Assembly (NCBI GenBank): GCA_965248835.1
Contig: CBDFLJ010000001.1
Span: 320,001-384,000, forward strand
Reading direction: 5' to 3'
Length of the DNA: 64,000 bases
From: Alphaproteobacteria bacterium
Lineage (GTDB): Bacteria > Pseudomonadota > Alphaproteobacteria > MPNO01
Shown: piece by piece, positions 29,751-41,266 of the stretch
Numbering within the stretch: the stretch's first letter is position 1
Layout: each line of letters begins with the position of its first letter
The notes under the pieces: generated by a model
Database searches by the model: none
What the model was told of the DNA's origin: nothing
What the model saw: only the letters and a program-made list of their open reading frames with translations
Program-made: the position numbers and the translations under genes

Positions 29751-30902
29751 GTGGACTTCGTCGTGACGGCGCTGACCAAGAACGCGGTACTGCCGGGGAA
29801 TCGAGAGGTTCGCCTGGTGCTTGAAGACGGGACCGAATCGACCGGCCGCGCGTTCGGCGCACTCAAGGCGGTAATGGGCGAGGTCGTCTTCAACACCGCA
29901 ATGGTGGGCTATGTCGAGGCGTTGACCGACCCGTCCTATCGCGGACAGATCCTGATGCTGACCTATCCGCTGATCGGCAATTACGGCGTCCCGCCGGCGC
30001 GGCTGCCCGGCTCGATCGAACGGCCGTTCGAGTCCGGACGAATCCAGGTCCAGGGCCTGATCGTCCAGCACTACATGGCCAAGCCCAGCCATGCCTCGTC
30101 CGGGCGGTCGCTGGGCACCTGGCTGGAAGCCGAAGATGTGCCGGCGATCGAAGGGATCGATACCAGGCACCTGACCCGCAAGCTGCGCGAGGTCGGCACG
30201 ATGAAGGGCTGGCTGCTGCCGGCCGCGATGCCCGACGGCAAGGCCCGCGAGTCGGCCGAAGCGGTCGACATGGCCAATGTCCACGACCTGGTCGCGCCGC
30301 GCGACGTCTCCCGGTACGGCGCGGGGGATACCAGGATCCTGCTGGTCGATGCCGGTGCAAAGGACAATATCGTCCGTTCGTTGCTCGACCGCGACGCCTC
30401 GGTGGTGCGCGCGGGCTGGCGGCGCAACCTGGTCGAGCTCGCCGGCGAGGCCGACGGCGTGTTGATCGGCAACGGTCCGGGCGATCCGAAGGATGCCAGG
30501 ACCCTGATCGCCCAGATCCGCGAGCTGATCCAGACCGGCTACCCCAAGCCCATCTTCGGCATTTGCCTGGGCAACCAGATCCTGGCACTCGCCGCCGGCA
30601 CGGATACCTACAAGCTGCGCTACGGCCATCGCGGCATCAACCAGCCGGTACAGGACCTGATGTCGCGGCGCTGCTTCGTGACCAGCCAGAACCATGGTTA
30701 TGCGGTGCGCGACGCCAGCCTGCCGAACGGATGGGAGCCGTGGTTCGTCAACCTCAACGACGGCACCAACGAGGGCATCCGCTGTCAGTCGCGGCCCTAT
30801 TCCAGCATCCAGTTCCATCCGGAGGCATCTCCGGGACCACGGGAATCGGGCGTTCTTTTCGATGATTTCATGCGCCACGCAAGGGCGATGAAGGACCGCT
30901 GA
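29751..30902 (+). CDS. carA: Carbamoyl-phosphate synthase small subunit
   Basis: [43 protein letters not shown]; start may be 29763. Confidence 0.95.
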   Translation: MDFVVTALTKNAVLPGNREVRLVLEDGTESTGRAFGALKAVMGEVVFNTAMVGYVEALTDPSYRGQILMLTYPLIGNYGVPPARLPGSIERPFESGRIQVQGLIVQHYMAKPSHASSGRSLGTWLEAEDVPAIEGIDTRHLTRKLREVGTMKGWLLPAAMPDGKARESAEAVDMANVHDLVAPRDVSRYGAGDTRILLVDAGAKDNIVRSLLDRDASVVRAGWRRNLVELAGEADGVLIGNGPGDPKDARTLIAQIRELIQTGYPKPIFGICLGNQILALAAGTDTYKLRYGHRGINQPVQDLMSRRCFVTSQNHGYAVRDASLPNGWEPWFVNLNDGTNEGIRCQSRPYSSIQFHPEASPGPRESGVLFDDFMRHARAMKDR

Positions 30903-30906
30903 GGCG

Positions 30907-33900
30907 ATGTACGGCGTCTATCTTCCCGCCAAGCCCGACAAGGTCCTGATTCTGGGCTCGGGCGCGCTGCAAATCGGCCAGGCGGGCGAGTTCGACTATT
31001 CGGGCTCGCAGGCCATCAAGGCGATGCGCGAGGAGGGCATCTCGACGGTCCTGGTCAACCCCAACATCGCGACGATCCAGACATCGGCGGGGCTGGCCGA
31101 CCGGATCTACCTGGTCGCGGTGACGCCGGCGCTGGTCGAGGAGATCATAAGGAAGGAACGGGTCGATGCGATCCTGCTGTCCTTCGGCGGGCAGACGGCG
31201 CTCAACTGCGGGCTCGAGCTCCACGAGACCGGCGTCCTGGAGCGCTACGGGGTGCGCATCCTGGGCACCCCAATCCAGACGGTCGTCGATACCGAGGACC
31301 GTCATCGCTTCGTCCGGCAGCTTGACGAGATCGGCGTGAATACGGCGCGCTCGATCGCCTGCCATTCGGTCGAGGAGGCCCGTGCGGCGGCCAGCGATCG
31401 GCCTGCCGGTCATGCTGCGCGGCGCCTACGCCCTGGGCGGCAAGGGCAGCGGCATCGTCGACACCGAGGACCAGTTGGACAGCGCGCTCAGACGTTCCTT
31501 CGACGGCGGCGTACCGCAGGTCCTGGTCGAGGAGTGCCTGCGCGGCTGGAAGGAAATCGAATACGAGATGGTGCGCGACGGGCGCGACAACTGCATCGCG
31601 GTCTGCAACATGGAGAACATGGATCCGATGGGGATCCACACTGGCGAATCGATCGTTGTCGCGCCGTCCCAAACGCCGACCGACGACGAATACCAGATGC
31701 TGCGCAGCGTCGCGATCGACACCGTTCGCCATATCGGCATCCTCGGCGAGTGCAACATCCAGTACGCGCTGCACCCATCCTCGGGCGACTACCGGGTGAT
31801 CGAGATCAACGCCCGCCTGTCGCGCCAGCGCGCTGGCCAGCAAGGCGACCGGCTATCCGTTGGCCTACGTGGCCGCCAAGATCGCCATCGGCTATGCGTT
31901 GCCGGACATCCCCAACGCGATAACGAGGCGCACGACGAGCTTTTTCGAGCCGGCGCTCGACTACCTGGTGTGCAAGTTTCCCCGCTGGGACATCGCGAAG
32001 TTCGGCGGCGCTTCGAACCGCATCGGCAGCGAGATGAAGAGCGTCGGAGAGGTCATGGCGATCGGCCGGACCTTCCCCGAGGTGCTGCAAAAGGCGGTGC
32101 GCATGCTGGAGATCGGCGTCACCGGCGTCGATCCCGATGCGTTCGACATCGCCGACGTGCGCGACGAGATCGTGAACGCAACGCCGATTCGGGTCTTCGC
32201 GATCGTGCGCGCGCTGCGGGACGGCATCCCGGTCGAGGAGATTGCGCGGCTGTCGGGAATCGATCCCTGGTTCGTCGACGGAGTGGCCGAGATCGTCGCC
32301 ATGCGCGATACGCTCAAGTCCGAGGGGATCGGCGATCCGGTGTGCCGGCGCCGCGCCAAAGAGCTCGGCTTCGCCGATGTCGCCATCGACTCCCTGGCTC
32401 GTGTCGCGGAGGGCGAAACCCGCCGCATCCGGCGCGCCGAAGGCATCAACCGCAGGCTGGTCCAGATCGACACCACGGCGGCGGAGTTCCCGGCCGAAAC
32501 CAACTATCTCTATGCGACCTTCGGCGCGGAGGAGGACGAGGCGCCGCGGTTCGGCCGGCGCAAGATCATCGTCGTCGGATCGGGCCCCTATCGGATCGGC
32601 TCCAGCGTCGAGTTCGACTGGTGCTGCGTCAACGCGGTCGAGGCGGCGGGCGATCTCGGGTTCGAGACCGTCATGGTCAACTACAACCCCGAGACCGTGA
32701 GCACGGACTTCGACGTCTGCGACAAGCTGGTGTTCGACGAGATCACCTTCGAATCGATCCTCGACCTCTACGAACAGGAAGACCCCCTGGGCGTGGTCCT
32801 CAGCATGGGCGGCCAGCTACCGAACAATCTCGCGCTCGACCTTGCCAAGGCGGGCGTGCGGATCCTGGGTACCGCGGCCGACGACATCGATCGTGCCGAG
32901 GACCGTCAGAAGTTCTCCTCGATGCTCGACCGGCTGAACATCGACCAGCCGCGCTGGAGCCACGTGACCAGCCTGGAGCAGATCGAGGATGTGGTCGCCG
33001 AACTCGGTGGCTACCCGGTGCTGGTCCGGCCGTCCTACGTGCTCAGCGGCGCGGCGATGAGCGTCGCGCACGAGCCCCACGAGCTCGAGCGCATCCTCGG
33101 CCGCGCGTCCGCGGTCAGCCCGCGCCATCCGGTCGTGGTCTCCAAGTTCGAGACCCATGCCCGCGAGGTCGAGATCGACGCGGTCGCCGACCGGGGCAAG
33201 CTGGTGCTGTATGCGATCAGCGAGCACATCGAGGACGCGAGGGTGCATTCGGGCGATGCCACCCTCGTCCTGCCGCCCCAGCGGCTCTATATCGAGACTA
33301 TCCGCCAGATCAAGAAGGTCGCGGCCGCCATCGCCGCCGAGCTCCGCATCACCGGGCCGTTCAACATGCAGTTCCTGGCCAAGAACAACGCGGTCAAGGT
33401 GATCGAGTGCAACTTGCGCGCCTCGCGCAGCTTCCCGTTCGTCTCCAAGGTGACCGGGAACAACTTCGTCGCCGAGGCGATGCGCCGCATGCTGGGCGTG
33501 CGCCAGCCGATCGAAAACCACAGCCTCGACCTCGACCTGGTCGCAGTGAAGTCGCCCAAGTTCTCCTTCGACCGGCTGACCGGGGCGGATCCGATCCTGG
33601 GCGTGGAGATGGCCTCGACCGGGGAGGTCGGATGTTTCGGCGACGACCTGCACGAGGCGCTGCTGCACGCGATGCATGCCACCGGGTTCCGCTTCCCGAC
33701 CAAGGGCGTGCTGCTGTCGCTCGGCAAAGTCGAGGACAAGTTCTGGTTCGCCGACGAGGCGCGGGTGATCGCCGAGGACCTCAAACTGCCGATCTTCGCC
33801 ACAGAGGGCACCGCCCAGGCGCTCGATCTGGTCGGCATCGAATGCACGACAGTCTCCAAGGCGGCCGACGAGGAGCCGAGCGCAATCGCGTTGATCGACG

Positions 33901-34127
33901 ACGGGCAGGTCGACCTTGTGATCAACATCCCGCGCACGTTCGACGATCTGGGCCGGCCTGACGGCTATATGATCCGACGGCGCACGGTGGAGGCGGGCAT
34001 CCCGCTGATCACCGACCTGCAACTCGCCCGCGCTGTGGTCGAGGCGCTGCGGCGGCGCGACAAAGACTCGCTCGAAGTCCATGCCTGGCAGGACTACATG
34101 GAGCGTTCGCCGGTGGCGCTGAACTGA
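30907..34127 (+). pseudogene. carB: Carbamoyl-phosphate synthase large subunit, split by two frameshifts
   Basis: [11 protein letters not shown] in frame 1; shift at about 31396 to IGLPVMLR; shift at about 31826 ([17 protein letters not shown]); C-terminal MGS domain intact to 34127. Confidence 0.9.
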
Positions 34128-34149
34128 CCGGCGCGGCCACCCCTGGTTC

Positions 34150-34178
34150 CTTGCTCTGCTCCGGTGAAGCTGCTACCA
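34150..34178 (+). promoter_or_regulatory. Candidate RpoD promoter for rpe
   Basis: CTTGCT-N17-CTACCA, 7 nt before the GTG start, which would give a leaderless transcript. Confidence 0.4.
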
Positions 34179-34185
34179 AGACCGC

Positions 34186-34851
34186 GTGTCGCACCCCTTG
34201 CGAATAGCGCCATCGATCCTCTCGGCGGACTTCGCGAAGCTGGGCGCGGAGGTGCGCGCGCTGGGCGATGCGGGGGCCGATCTGATCCATGTCGACGTGA
34301 TGGACGGCCACTTCGTTCCCAACATCACCATCGGTCCCGATGTGGTCAAAGCGTTGAAGCCGCATTCGACGCTGCCCTTCGATGTCCATCTGATGATCGC
34401 CCCGGTCGATCCCTACATCCCCAGCTTCGCCCAAGCCGGCGCCGATATCATCACGGTCCACGCCGAGTCGGGCCCGCATCTCCACCGCAGTATCCAGCTG
34501 GTCCGGGACCAGGGCTGCAAGGCGGGCGTCTCGCTCAACCCGGCCACCCCTGCCAGCGCGATCGCACCGGTCCTCGATGAAGTCGACCTGGTGCTGGTGA
34601 TGAGCGTGAACCCCGGCTTCGGCGGGCAGTCCTTCATCGAAAGCCAACTCGACAAGCTGCGCACGCTGCGGGCGATGATCGACGAGACCGGTCGCGACAT
34701 CGCGCTCGAAGTCGATGGCGGGATCAACCTCGAGACCGCGCCGCGCGCGGTTCAGGCCGGGGCCGATATCCTCGTCGCGGGCACCGCGACCTTCGCCGGC
34801 GGAGAGGCCGCGTATGCGCAGAACATCCGCGCCCTTCGAAACAGCGGCTGA
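34186..34851 (+). CDS. rpe: Ribulose-phosphate 3-epimerase
   Basis: [36 protein letters not shown]. Confidence 0.98.
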   Translation: MSHPLRIAPSILSADFAKLGAEVRALGDAGADLIHVDVMDGHFVPNITIGPDVVKALKPHSTLPFDVHLMIAPVDPYIPSFAQAGADIITVHAESGPHLHRSIQLVRDQGCKAGVSLNPATPASAIAPVLDEVDLVLVMSVNPGFGGQSFIESQLDKLRTLRAMIDETGRDIALEVDGGINLETAPRAVQAGADILVAGTATFAGGEAAYAQNIRALRNSG

Positions 34852-34921
34852 GACCGGCGCGCTGACCGCGACCAGCGAGTCGGCCGCCGAAGTGCCCGGA
34901 GCGGGCGGCCGGGTGCGGCCG

Positions 34922-36577
34922 ATGCAAGCCATCAACATCGCGCGCTACGCCATGCATCGGCTGACTCCCAGGCGCCTGGCCTATGCCGGCGCGATGCTGT
35001 GGTTCAACGGCCTGTTCTATCACCACACGCTGGGCGGCCGGCGCGCGCGCGGGCTCACCTTCGCGCCGCAGGAATCGTGGCCGGGCGATGCCCGCCGCGG
35101 CGGCGCGATCCTCAAGGACGAATACGTCTTCGCCGGCCATGCGGAGACCGAGCCGGCCGCGCTGTGGCGCGCCAAGAGCGCCACCGAAGACTGGCTGGCC
35201 GGGCTGCATTCCTTCGACTGGTTGCGCGACCTGCGCGCGGTCGGCGGCGCGGCCGCCCGGCGCCGCAGCCGCGACCTGGTGATGGACTGGCTGGAGCATG
35301 AAGACCGCTGGCGCCCGGTCTCGTGGCGCCCGGACGTGCTGGCGCAAAGACTCGCAAGCTGGCTGACCTATGCCGAATATCTGTTCCCTGTCGAGGGGGG
35401 GGTCGACGCCAAGCCGTTCCTGCGCTCTCTTGCGCGGCAATCCAACCACCTGTGCCGCGTGGTCGGGCTGCTCGATCCCGGGGTCGAACGCCTGATCGCC
35501 TTGCGCGGGCTGGTCTATGCCGGGGTCTGCATGGGCGAGCAGGCACGCCGGCTGCCGCGCTGGCTCGATCTCCTTGCCACGGAGGTCAACGCCCAGGTCG
35601 CGACCGACGGCGGCCACCTGACCCGCAGCCCGGCCGTCCAGTTCGCGATCCTGCGCCACCTGGTCGACCTGCGCACCCTGTTGCGCGAATCGGGCATCGA
35701 GACGCCGCAAGCGATCCAGAACGCAATCGACCGGATGGCGCCGATGGTGCGCTTCTTCCGCCACGGCGACGGCGGGCTCGCGCTGTTCAACGACACCAAC
35801 GAGGAAGAGAACTGGCTTATCGACGTCGTGCTGAGCCGCGCGGAGGCGCGCGGCAAGCCGCTGGACGAGGCGCCCCATATCGGTTTCCAACGGATGATGG
35901 TCAATCGCACGCTGGTGCTGATGGATACCGGCCCGGTGGCGCCGCGGGGTTTCGACGCCCAGGCCCATGCCGGGACGTTGAGCTTCGAGATGAGCGTCGG
36001 CCGCCAGCGGCTGATCGTCAATTGCGGCGCCTATGCGGGCGCCAGGGAAGACTGGCGGAAGGCCCAGCGCACCACCGCGGCCCATTCGACGGTAACCATC
36101 GACGACCTCAACTCGGCCGAGATCCTGAGCGGCAAGGTGATCGGGGTGCGCCCTCGCCTGGCCAGGGTCACCAGGCGCGAAGCTGACGGAAATCTTTGGA
36201 TCGATGCCGGGATCGCGGAGTATTGCGGGATCTCCGGGCTGGGCCACCGCCGCCGGCTGTACTTGTCATCGAACGGCGGCGACCTGCGCGGTGAGGACAC
36301 GCTGGTCGGCAAGGGCAACCGCCGGTTCTCGGTGCGCTTCCACCTGCACCCTTCTGTGACTGCCTCGCTCGCCCAGAACGCCGAATCAGTGCTGTTGCGG
36401 CTGGGCGACGGCGGCGGCTGGCGGATACGCGCGACCGGCGGGGTGGCGAGCCTGCAGGAGAGCGTCTATCTCGGCATGCGCGGCGAGCCGCGGCGCACCG
36501 AGCAGGTGGTCATCTCCGGCGCCCTGCAGGGCGGCGAGGCCCAGATCAAATGGGCGCTGACCAAGCTCGGCGCATAG
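34922..36577 (+). CDS. Heparinase II/III family protein
   Basis: LHSFDWLRDL, DGGH, HGDGGLALFN, HAGTLSFEMS, TTAAHSTV, RFHLHP; start uncertain. Confidence 0.88.
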   Translation: MQAINIARYAMHRLTPRRLAYAGAMLWFNGLFYHHTLGGRRARGLTFAPQESWPGDARRGGAILKDEYVFAGHAETEPAALWRAKSATEDWLAGLHSFDWLRDLRAVGGAAARRRSRDLVMDWLEHEDRWRPVSWRPDVLAQRLASWLTYAEYLFPVEGGVDAKPFLRSLARQSNHLCRVVGLLDPGVERLIALRGLVYAGVCMGEQARRLPRWLDLLATEVNAQVATDGGHLTRSPAVQFAILRHLVDLRTLLRESGIETPQAIQNAIDRMAPMVRFFRHGDGGLALFNDTNEEENWLIDVVLSRAEARGKPLDEAPHIGFQRMMVNRTLVLMDTGPVAPRGFDAQAHAGTLSFEMSVGRQRLIVNCGAYAGAREDWRKAQRTTAAHSTVTIDDLNSAEILSGKVIGVRPRLARVTRREADGNLWIDAGIAEYCGISGLGHRRRLYLSSNGGDLRGEDTLVGKGNRRFSVRFHLHPSVTASLAQNAESVLLRLGDGGGWRIRATGGVASLQESVYLGMRGEPRRTEQVVISGALQGGEAQIKWALTKLGA

Positions 36578-36623
36578 AGCATGGTCCAACCGGGCCGGCG
36601 AGATCGGGTGGGGAGATGGTTTA
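36575..36623. repeat. Degenerate palindromic element, copy 2
   Basis: Left arm TAGAGCATGGTCCAACCGGGCCG matches an arm of copy 1 at 19/23; spans the stop codons of two convergent genes. Confidence 0.55.
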
Positions 36624-38318
36624 GAACAGCCCCTCGATCTCACCGCGCTCATTGACCGTGATCGCGTTCGCCGCCGGCACCCGCGGCAGTCCCGGCATGG
36701 TCATGATGTCGCCGCAGATCGCCACCAGGAACCCTGCCCCGTTGGCGAGCCTGACCTCGCGCACGGCGAGGTCGTGGCCCTCCGGCGCACCGAGGAGCGT
36801 CGGGTCGGCCGACAGGCTGAGCGGGGTCTTGGCCATGCACACCGGCAGGGCGCCGTACCCGCCGTCCTGGTAGGTCTGGATCTGGCGCCTGACACGGTCG
36901 GGCGCGGAAACCAGTCCGGCCCGGTAGACCGCGCGCGCGATAGTCTCGATCTTCTCCCACAGCGGCATCTCGTCGGGGTAGAGGAGCTTGAAACCGTCGT
37001 TCGGCGTCTCGGCCGCCGCGACGACTTTCTCGGCAAGCGCGGCTGCACCCGGCCCGCCCAGGCCCCAATGGTTGCATTCCACCGCGTCTACGCCGCGCGC
37101 CGCGCAGGCCTCGGCGACCACCGCGATCTCCGCATCGCTATCGGCGACGAACCGGTTGAGCGCCACCACCACCGGCACGCCGAAGCCTTGCAGGATCTCG
37201 ACATGGCGCATCAGATTGACCACGCCGTCCTTGACCGCGGCGAGGTTTTCCGCGCCGAGGTCCGAACGGGCGACGCCGCCATGCATCTTGATCGCACGGA
37301 TCGTGCCGACCAGGACCGCGGCGTCGGGCTCGAGCCCGGCCTTGCGGCACTTGATGTCGATGAACTTCTCGCCACCGAGATCGGCGCCGAACCCGGCTTC
37401 GGTGACCACGTAATCGGCGAGCTTGAGCGCGGTCCGGGTGGCAGTGACCGAGTTGCAGCCGTGCGCGATATTGGCGAACGGCCCGCCGTGGACGAAGGCC
37501 GCGGTCTTCTCCAAGGTCTGCACCATGTTGGGCAGGATCGCCTCCTTGAGCAACGCGGTCATCGGCCCCGGCGCCATCAGGTCGCGGGCGAAGACCGGCG
37601 CTCGGTCCCTGGTCTCGGCGACGATGATGTTGCCCAGCCGCTCCTTGAGGTCGGCGAGGCTCTCGGCCAGGCAGAAGACCGCCATAACCTCGGAGGCCAC
37701 CGTGATGTCGAAGCCGTCCTCGCGCGGGAAGCCGTTGGCCACCCCGCCCAGGGAGCCGACGATCGAGCGCAGCGCCCGGTCGTTGAGGTCGACCACCCGA
37801 CGCCAGAAAATCCGCCGCGGATCGATGCCCAGCGCGTTGCCCCAGTAGATGTGGTTGTCGAGCAGCGCTGCAAGCAGGTTGTGGGCCGAGCCGATGGCGT
37901 GAAAGTCGCCGGTGAAATGGAGGTTGATATCCTCCATCGGCACGACCTGGGCATAGCCGCCGCCGGCAGCGCCCCCCTTGACGCCGAAACACGGCCCGAG
38001 GCTCGGCTCGCGCAGGCAGATCATCGCCTTCTTGCCGATATGGTTCAGCGCATCGCCCAGCCCGACGGTCGTTGTGGTCTTGCCCTCCCCGGCCGGCGTG
38101 GGCGTCATCCCGGTGGTCAGGATCAGCTTGCCGTCGGGCCGCCCGGCCAGGGTGTCGATATAGTCCAGCGAGATCTTCGCCTTGTGCGGGCCGTAGCGGT
38201 AGACCGCGTCATCGGGAATCCCCAGCCCGCCGGTGATCTCGGTGATATCGCTCAAACGCGCCGCACGGGCGATCTCGAGGTCGGACTTCACCTCGCCGGC
38301 CGGAGCCTTGCTGTTCAT
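36621..38318 (-). CDS. fhs: Formate--tetrahydrofolate ligase
   Basis: [42 protein letters not shown]. Confidence 0.98.
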   Translation of the reverse strand: MNSKAPAGEVKSDLEIARAARLSDITEITGGLGIPDDAVYRYGPHKAKISLDYIDTLAGRPDGKLILTTGMTPTPAGEGKTTTTVGLGDALNHIGKKAMICLREPSLGPCFGVKGGAAGGGYAQVVPMEDINLHFTGDFHAIGSAHNLLAALLDNHIYWGNALGIDPRRIFWRRVVDLNDRALRSIVGSLGGVANGFPREDGFDITVASEVMAVFCLAESLADLKERLGNIIVAETRDRAPVFARDLMAPGPMTALLKEAILPNMVQTLEKTAAFVHGGPFANIAHGCNSVTATRTALKLADYVVTEAGFGADLGGEKFIDIKCRKAGLEPDAAVLVGTIRAIKMHGGVARSDLGAENLAAVKDGVVNLMRHVEILQGFGVPVVVALNRFVADSDAEIAVVAEACAARGVDAVECNHWGLGGPGAAALAEKVVAAAETPNDGFKLLYPDEMPLWEKIETIARAVYRAGLVSAPDRVRRQIQTYQDGGYGALPVCMAKTPLSLSADPTLLGAPEGHDLAVREVRLANGAGFLVAICGDIMTMPGLPRVPAANAITVNERGEIEGLF

Positions 38319-38621
38319 AACGCCTCCTCTGGACACTGGCGGGGAATTTAGAGTGGCCTGGGCCGGGGCGTAAAGCCCGGCCCGGCGGTCGTCGCCGTCG
38401 CCGGGGGCTCTCCGCGCCGAGGCCCCGCCCCGGCTTGCCGGCCTGACCGGCCGGTGACATAGTCGAATAAGACCCTTTCACGTTCCACGCTTCTCCCCGA
38501 CCGCCCGGTGCGCAGGAGCTGAGCGGCTTTCGGGTTTCATCGGGGATGCAGCCATGACCACGGGGATGCGCCGCCGGTCGATGCCCGCCGGGCCGGCTCG
38601 GTGAATGCGCCCGAGGATGCG

Positions 38622-39863
38622 ATGAGGCATCAGGCCTACACGATCTACGCCGTGCTGTGCGCCGGTTTCATCGCCAGCCAATTCTTCCGGGTCTCGAACG
38701 CGGTCATCGCCCCGGAGCTCATGTCGAGCCTCGCCATCGGCACCGCGACGATGGGCGTGCTCACCGGCATGTTCTTCCTCGCCTTCGCCGCGATGCAGAT
38801 CCCGGCCGGCATGCTGCTCGACCGCTACGGCGCGCGGCGGACGATGTCGGGCCTGTTCCTGTTGGCGGGCGTCGGGGCGATCCTGTTCGCGACCGCCGGC
38901 GGCGGCTTCGGCTTGATCGCCGGGCGCGCCGTGATCGGCGTCGGCTGCGCGCTCGGGCTGATGGGGGCGATGGTGGTGATCGCCCGCTGGTTCGCGAAGG
39001 AACGCTACGCGCGGCTGATCTCGCTGCTCTACGCGCTGGGCGGGATCGGGGCGCTCCTGGCATCCACGCCGTTGGCCGCCCTCGCCGAGGCGATCGGATG
39101 GCGCGGCGCGTTCCTGGTCATGGCCGCCCTCACCGGCCTGCTCGCCATACTGCTGTTCCTGGTCATCCGCGATGCGCCCGGCGGCGGCACCGCACCGGCA
39201 AGCACGGCATCACCCCGCCATCTTCTGGTCGGGCTGCGCGAGATTTTCGCCAACAGGGAGATCTGGTGGATCTGCTCGATCCAGTTCGTCTGTTATGCCA
39301 GCGTCCTGTCGATCGTCGGACTGTGGGCCGGGCCCTACCTCAACGACGTGCACGGGATGACCGGGATCGCGCGCGGCAACATGCTGCTCGCGCTCAACAT
39401 CGCCCTGTTGGTCGCCGTCATGTTGTTCACCCAGATCGAGCGCTGGCTGAACTCGCGCAGGACCGCGATCATCGGCGGTGGCGGCGTCTCGATCGGCGTC
39501 CTCGTCATGCTTGCGCTGCTGCCGGACCTCGGCCTGTGGTCCGCCTTCGCGCTGCTGATCCTGTTCACGGCCTCGGGCGCATATTTCATGCTGATCCACG
39601 CCCATGCGCGCGCCGTGCTTCCCGACCATCTGATGGGCCGGGGCCTCACGGCCCAGAACCTCGCGGTCATGCTGGGCGTTTTCGTCGTTCAATCGCTGTG
39701 CGGCGTGATCATCGGCGCCTTCGAGCCCGAGGCCGGCCAGGCCCCGGAGATTGCCTATCGCGCGGCGTTCGGCTTCCTCGCGGTTTGCCTGGCGATCGGC
39801 TTGGCGCTGTACAGCCGGATCAGCGACGTCGCGCCGCGCAGCGAGGGCAAGCCGGCCGGCTAA
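38622..39863 (+). CDS. MFS transporter
   Basis: MQIPAGMLLDRYGARR, GLWAGPYL.DV; about 12 TM segments. Confidence 0.88.
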   Translation: MRHQAYTIYAVLCAGFIASQFFRVSNAVIAPELMSSLAIGTATMGVLTGMFFLAFAAMQIPAGMLLDRYGARRTMSGLFLLAGVGAILFATAGGGFGLIAGRAVIGVGCALGLMGAMVVIARWFAKERYARLISLLYALGGIGALLASTPLAALAEAIGWRGAFLVMAALTGLLAILLFLVIRDAPGGGTAPASTASPRHLLVGLREIFANREIWWICSIQFVCYASVLSIVGLWAGPYLNDVHGMTGIARGNMLLALNIALLVAVMLFTQIERWLNSRRTAIIGGGGVSIGVLVMLALLPDLGLWSAFALLILFTASGAYFMLIHAHARAVLPDHLMGRGLTAQNLAVMLGVFVVQSLCGVIIGAFEPEAGQAPEIAYRAAFGFLAVCLAIGLALYSRISDVAPRSEGKPAG

Positions 39864-39963
39864 GGACGTCGCGCGCCTCCGGCAGATATTCTCCCCGACC
39901 GCGCGGCGGCCTATGCTGTCCCGTCGAGATACACGCCAAGAGGGGAACCGGAGGAACAGAGCG

Positions 39964-40692
39964 ATGCCAAACGCGGTCGAGTTCGATACCGAGATCGGTG
40001 AACGCTTCATCCGCTATGCGCGGCTGGTCGCAAACCGCGGCTTCATCCATAACACGTTGGGCAACATGGTGATCCGCGCGGCGCACCCGGACTTCGAGCA
40101 CGGGGTGGCCTATACCAAGCACGCCGAGATCTCGCTGGAGGAGATGTCCGTCGACAATATCGTGATCACCGACGTGCCGACCAGCGAGATCCTCCATGGC
40201 GAGGCGATCACCAGCATCGGCCACAACCTCAACCGCGAGATCCTGAGGCTGCGGCCGGATATCAACGCGGTCATCCACGTCCACGACGACGACACGATCG
40301 CCTTTTTCGGCTCGGGCGGGTTCCGCGAGGTCGGGATCATCTCGCTCGACATGCCCTTCATCCACGGCAAACCGCCCTACTACCTGCCCGCCGACATGGA
40401 TGTCGAAGCCGATGTCGGGCCGGTCAAGGACTTCATCGCCGGCACCAACTGCGTCGTCCTGTTGGGGCATGGCGTGACCACGCTGGGGCGGACGATCTCG
40501 GAGGCCTATCACCGGCTGACGGCGTTCACCTCGGAGGTCCGCCGCAACATCGTCGCCGAACAGCTCGCTGCCATCAAAGGAAGCCGCGTCCAGTACCGCA
40601 GCCAGGAAGAGATCGATCACATGCATCGGTTCGCCGAGAAGATCATCTACCCCGACCGCGCGGAGGACGTGATGGCCGAAGACGCGGCCTGA
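39964..40692 (+). CDS. Class II aldolase/adducin family protein
   Basis: GN...R, RPDINAVIHVH, LLGHGV..LG.TI.EA. Confidence 0.85.
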   Translation: MPNAVEFDTEIGERFIRYARLVANRGFIHNTLGNMVIRAAHPDFEHGVAYTKHAEISLEEMSVDNIVITDVPTSEILHGEAITSIGHNLNREILRLRPDINAVIHVHDDDTIAFFGSGGFREVGIISLDMPFIHGKPPYYLPADMDVEADVGPVKDFIAGTNCVVLLGHGVTTLGRTISEAYHRLTAFTSEVRRNIVAEQLAAIKGSRVQYRSQEEIDHMHRFAEKIIYPDRAEDVMAEDAA

Positions 40693-40776
40693 TCGGGTCG
40701 GACCGGGTTCCTGCCGCGCTGCGATCGCAACGGCGCCGGCAGGACATCGAGAACGCCTTGACGGGGAGGACGAAAG

Positions 40777-41250
40777 GTGGCGGGAAAGATCGAAGCGCGC
40801 ATGGCGGAACTCGGGATCGAGCTGCCACCGGCGGTCGAGCCCAAGGTGGCGAAGATCCTGACCGCGAAGCTCAGCGGCGAATGGCTGTTCGTCTCCGGCG
40901 CGGTGCCCCGGATCGGCGGCGAGATCCACTATATCGGCAAGGTCGGCCGCGAATTCTCCCTCCAGGAGGGCCAGGCCTCGGCCCGGCTGAGCGTCCTCAA
41001 CGTGCTGGCGGCCGCCAAACGGGCGCTCAACGGCGACCTCGACCGCATCGTCGAGATCGTCAAGATCAAGGGCTATATCAACGTCGACCCCGACTTCACC
41101 CAGATTTCCGAGACGCTGAACGGCGCCTCCGAGGTGCTGATCGACCTCTTCGGCGAGCCCGGCCGCCACGCGCGGACCGCGATCGGCGTGGCCAGCATGC
41201 CCTTCGGCGTCGCCATCGAGGTCGAGGCCCTGATGCGGGTCAGGCCGTAG
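40777..41250 (+). CDS. RidA/YjgF family protein
   Basis: LFVSG, NGASEVL..LFGE.GRHARTAIG, VAIEVE. Confidence 0.9.
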   Translation: MAGKIEARMAELGIELPPAVEPKVAKILTAKLSGEWLFVSGAVPRIGGEIHYIGKVGREFSLQEGQASARLSVLNVLAAAKRALNGDLDRIVEIVKIKGYINVDPDFTQISETLNGASEVLIDLFGEPGRHARTAIGVASMPFGVAIEVEALMRVRP

Positions 41251-41266
41251 CCGCGGGCAGCCCTGA

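Noticed and set aside
31380-31840. Programmed frameshifting in carB
   Set aside because: No slippery sequence or stimulator, two shifts would be needed, and conserved residues are missing at the second junction.
38319-38600. ZMP/ZTP riboswitch upstream of fhs
   Set aside because: Fragments like ACTGGCG, GCCTGGGC and CCACGGGGA are on the wrong strand for fhs and out of order.
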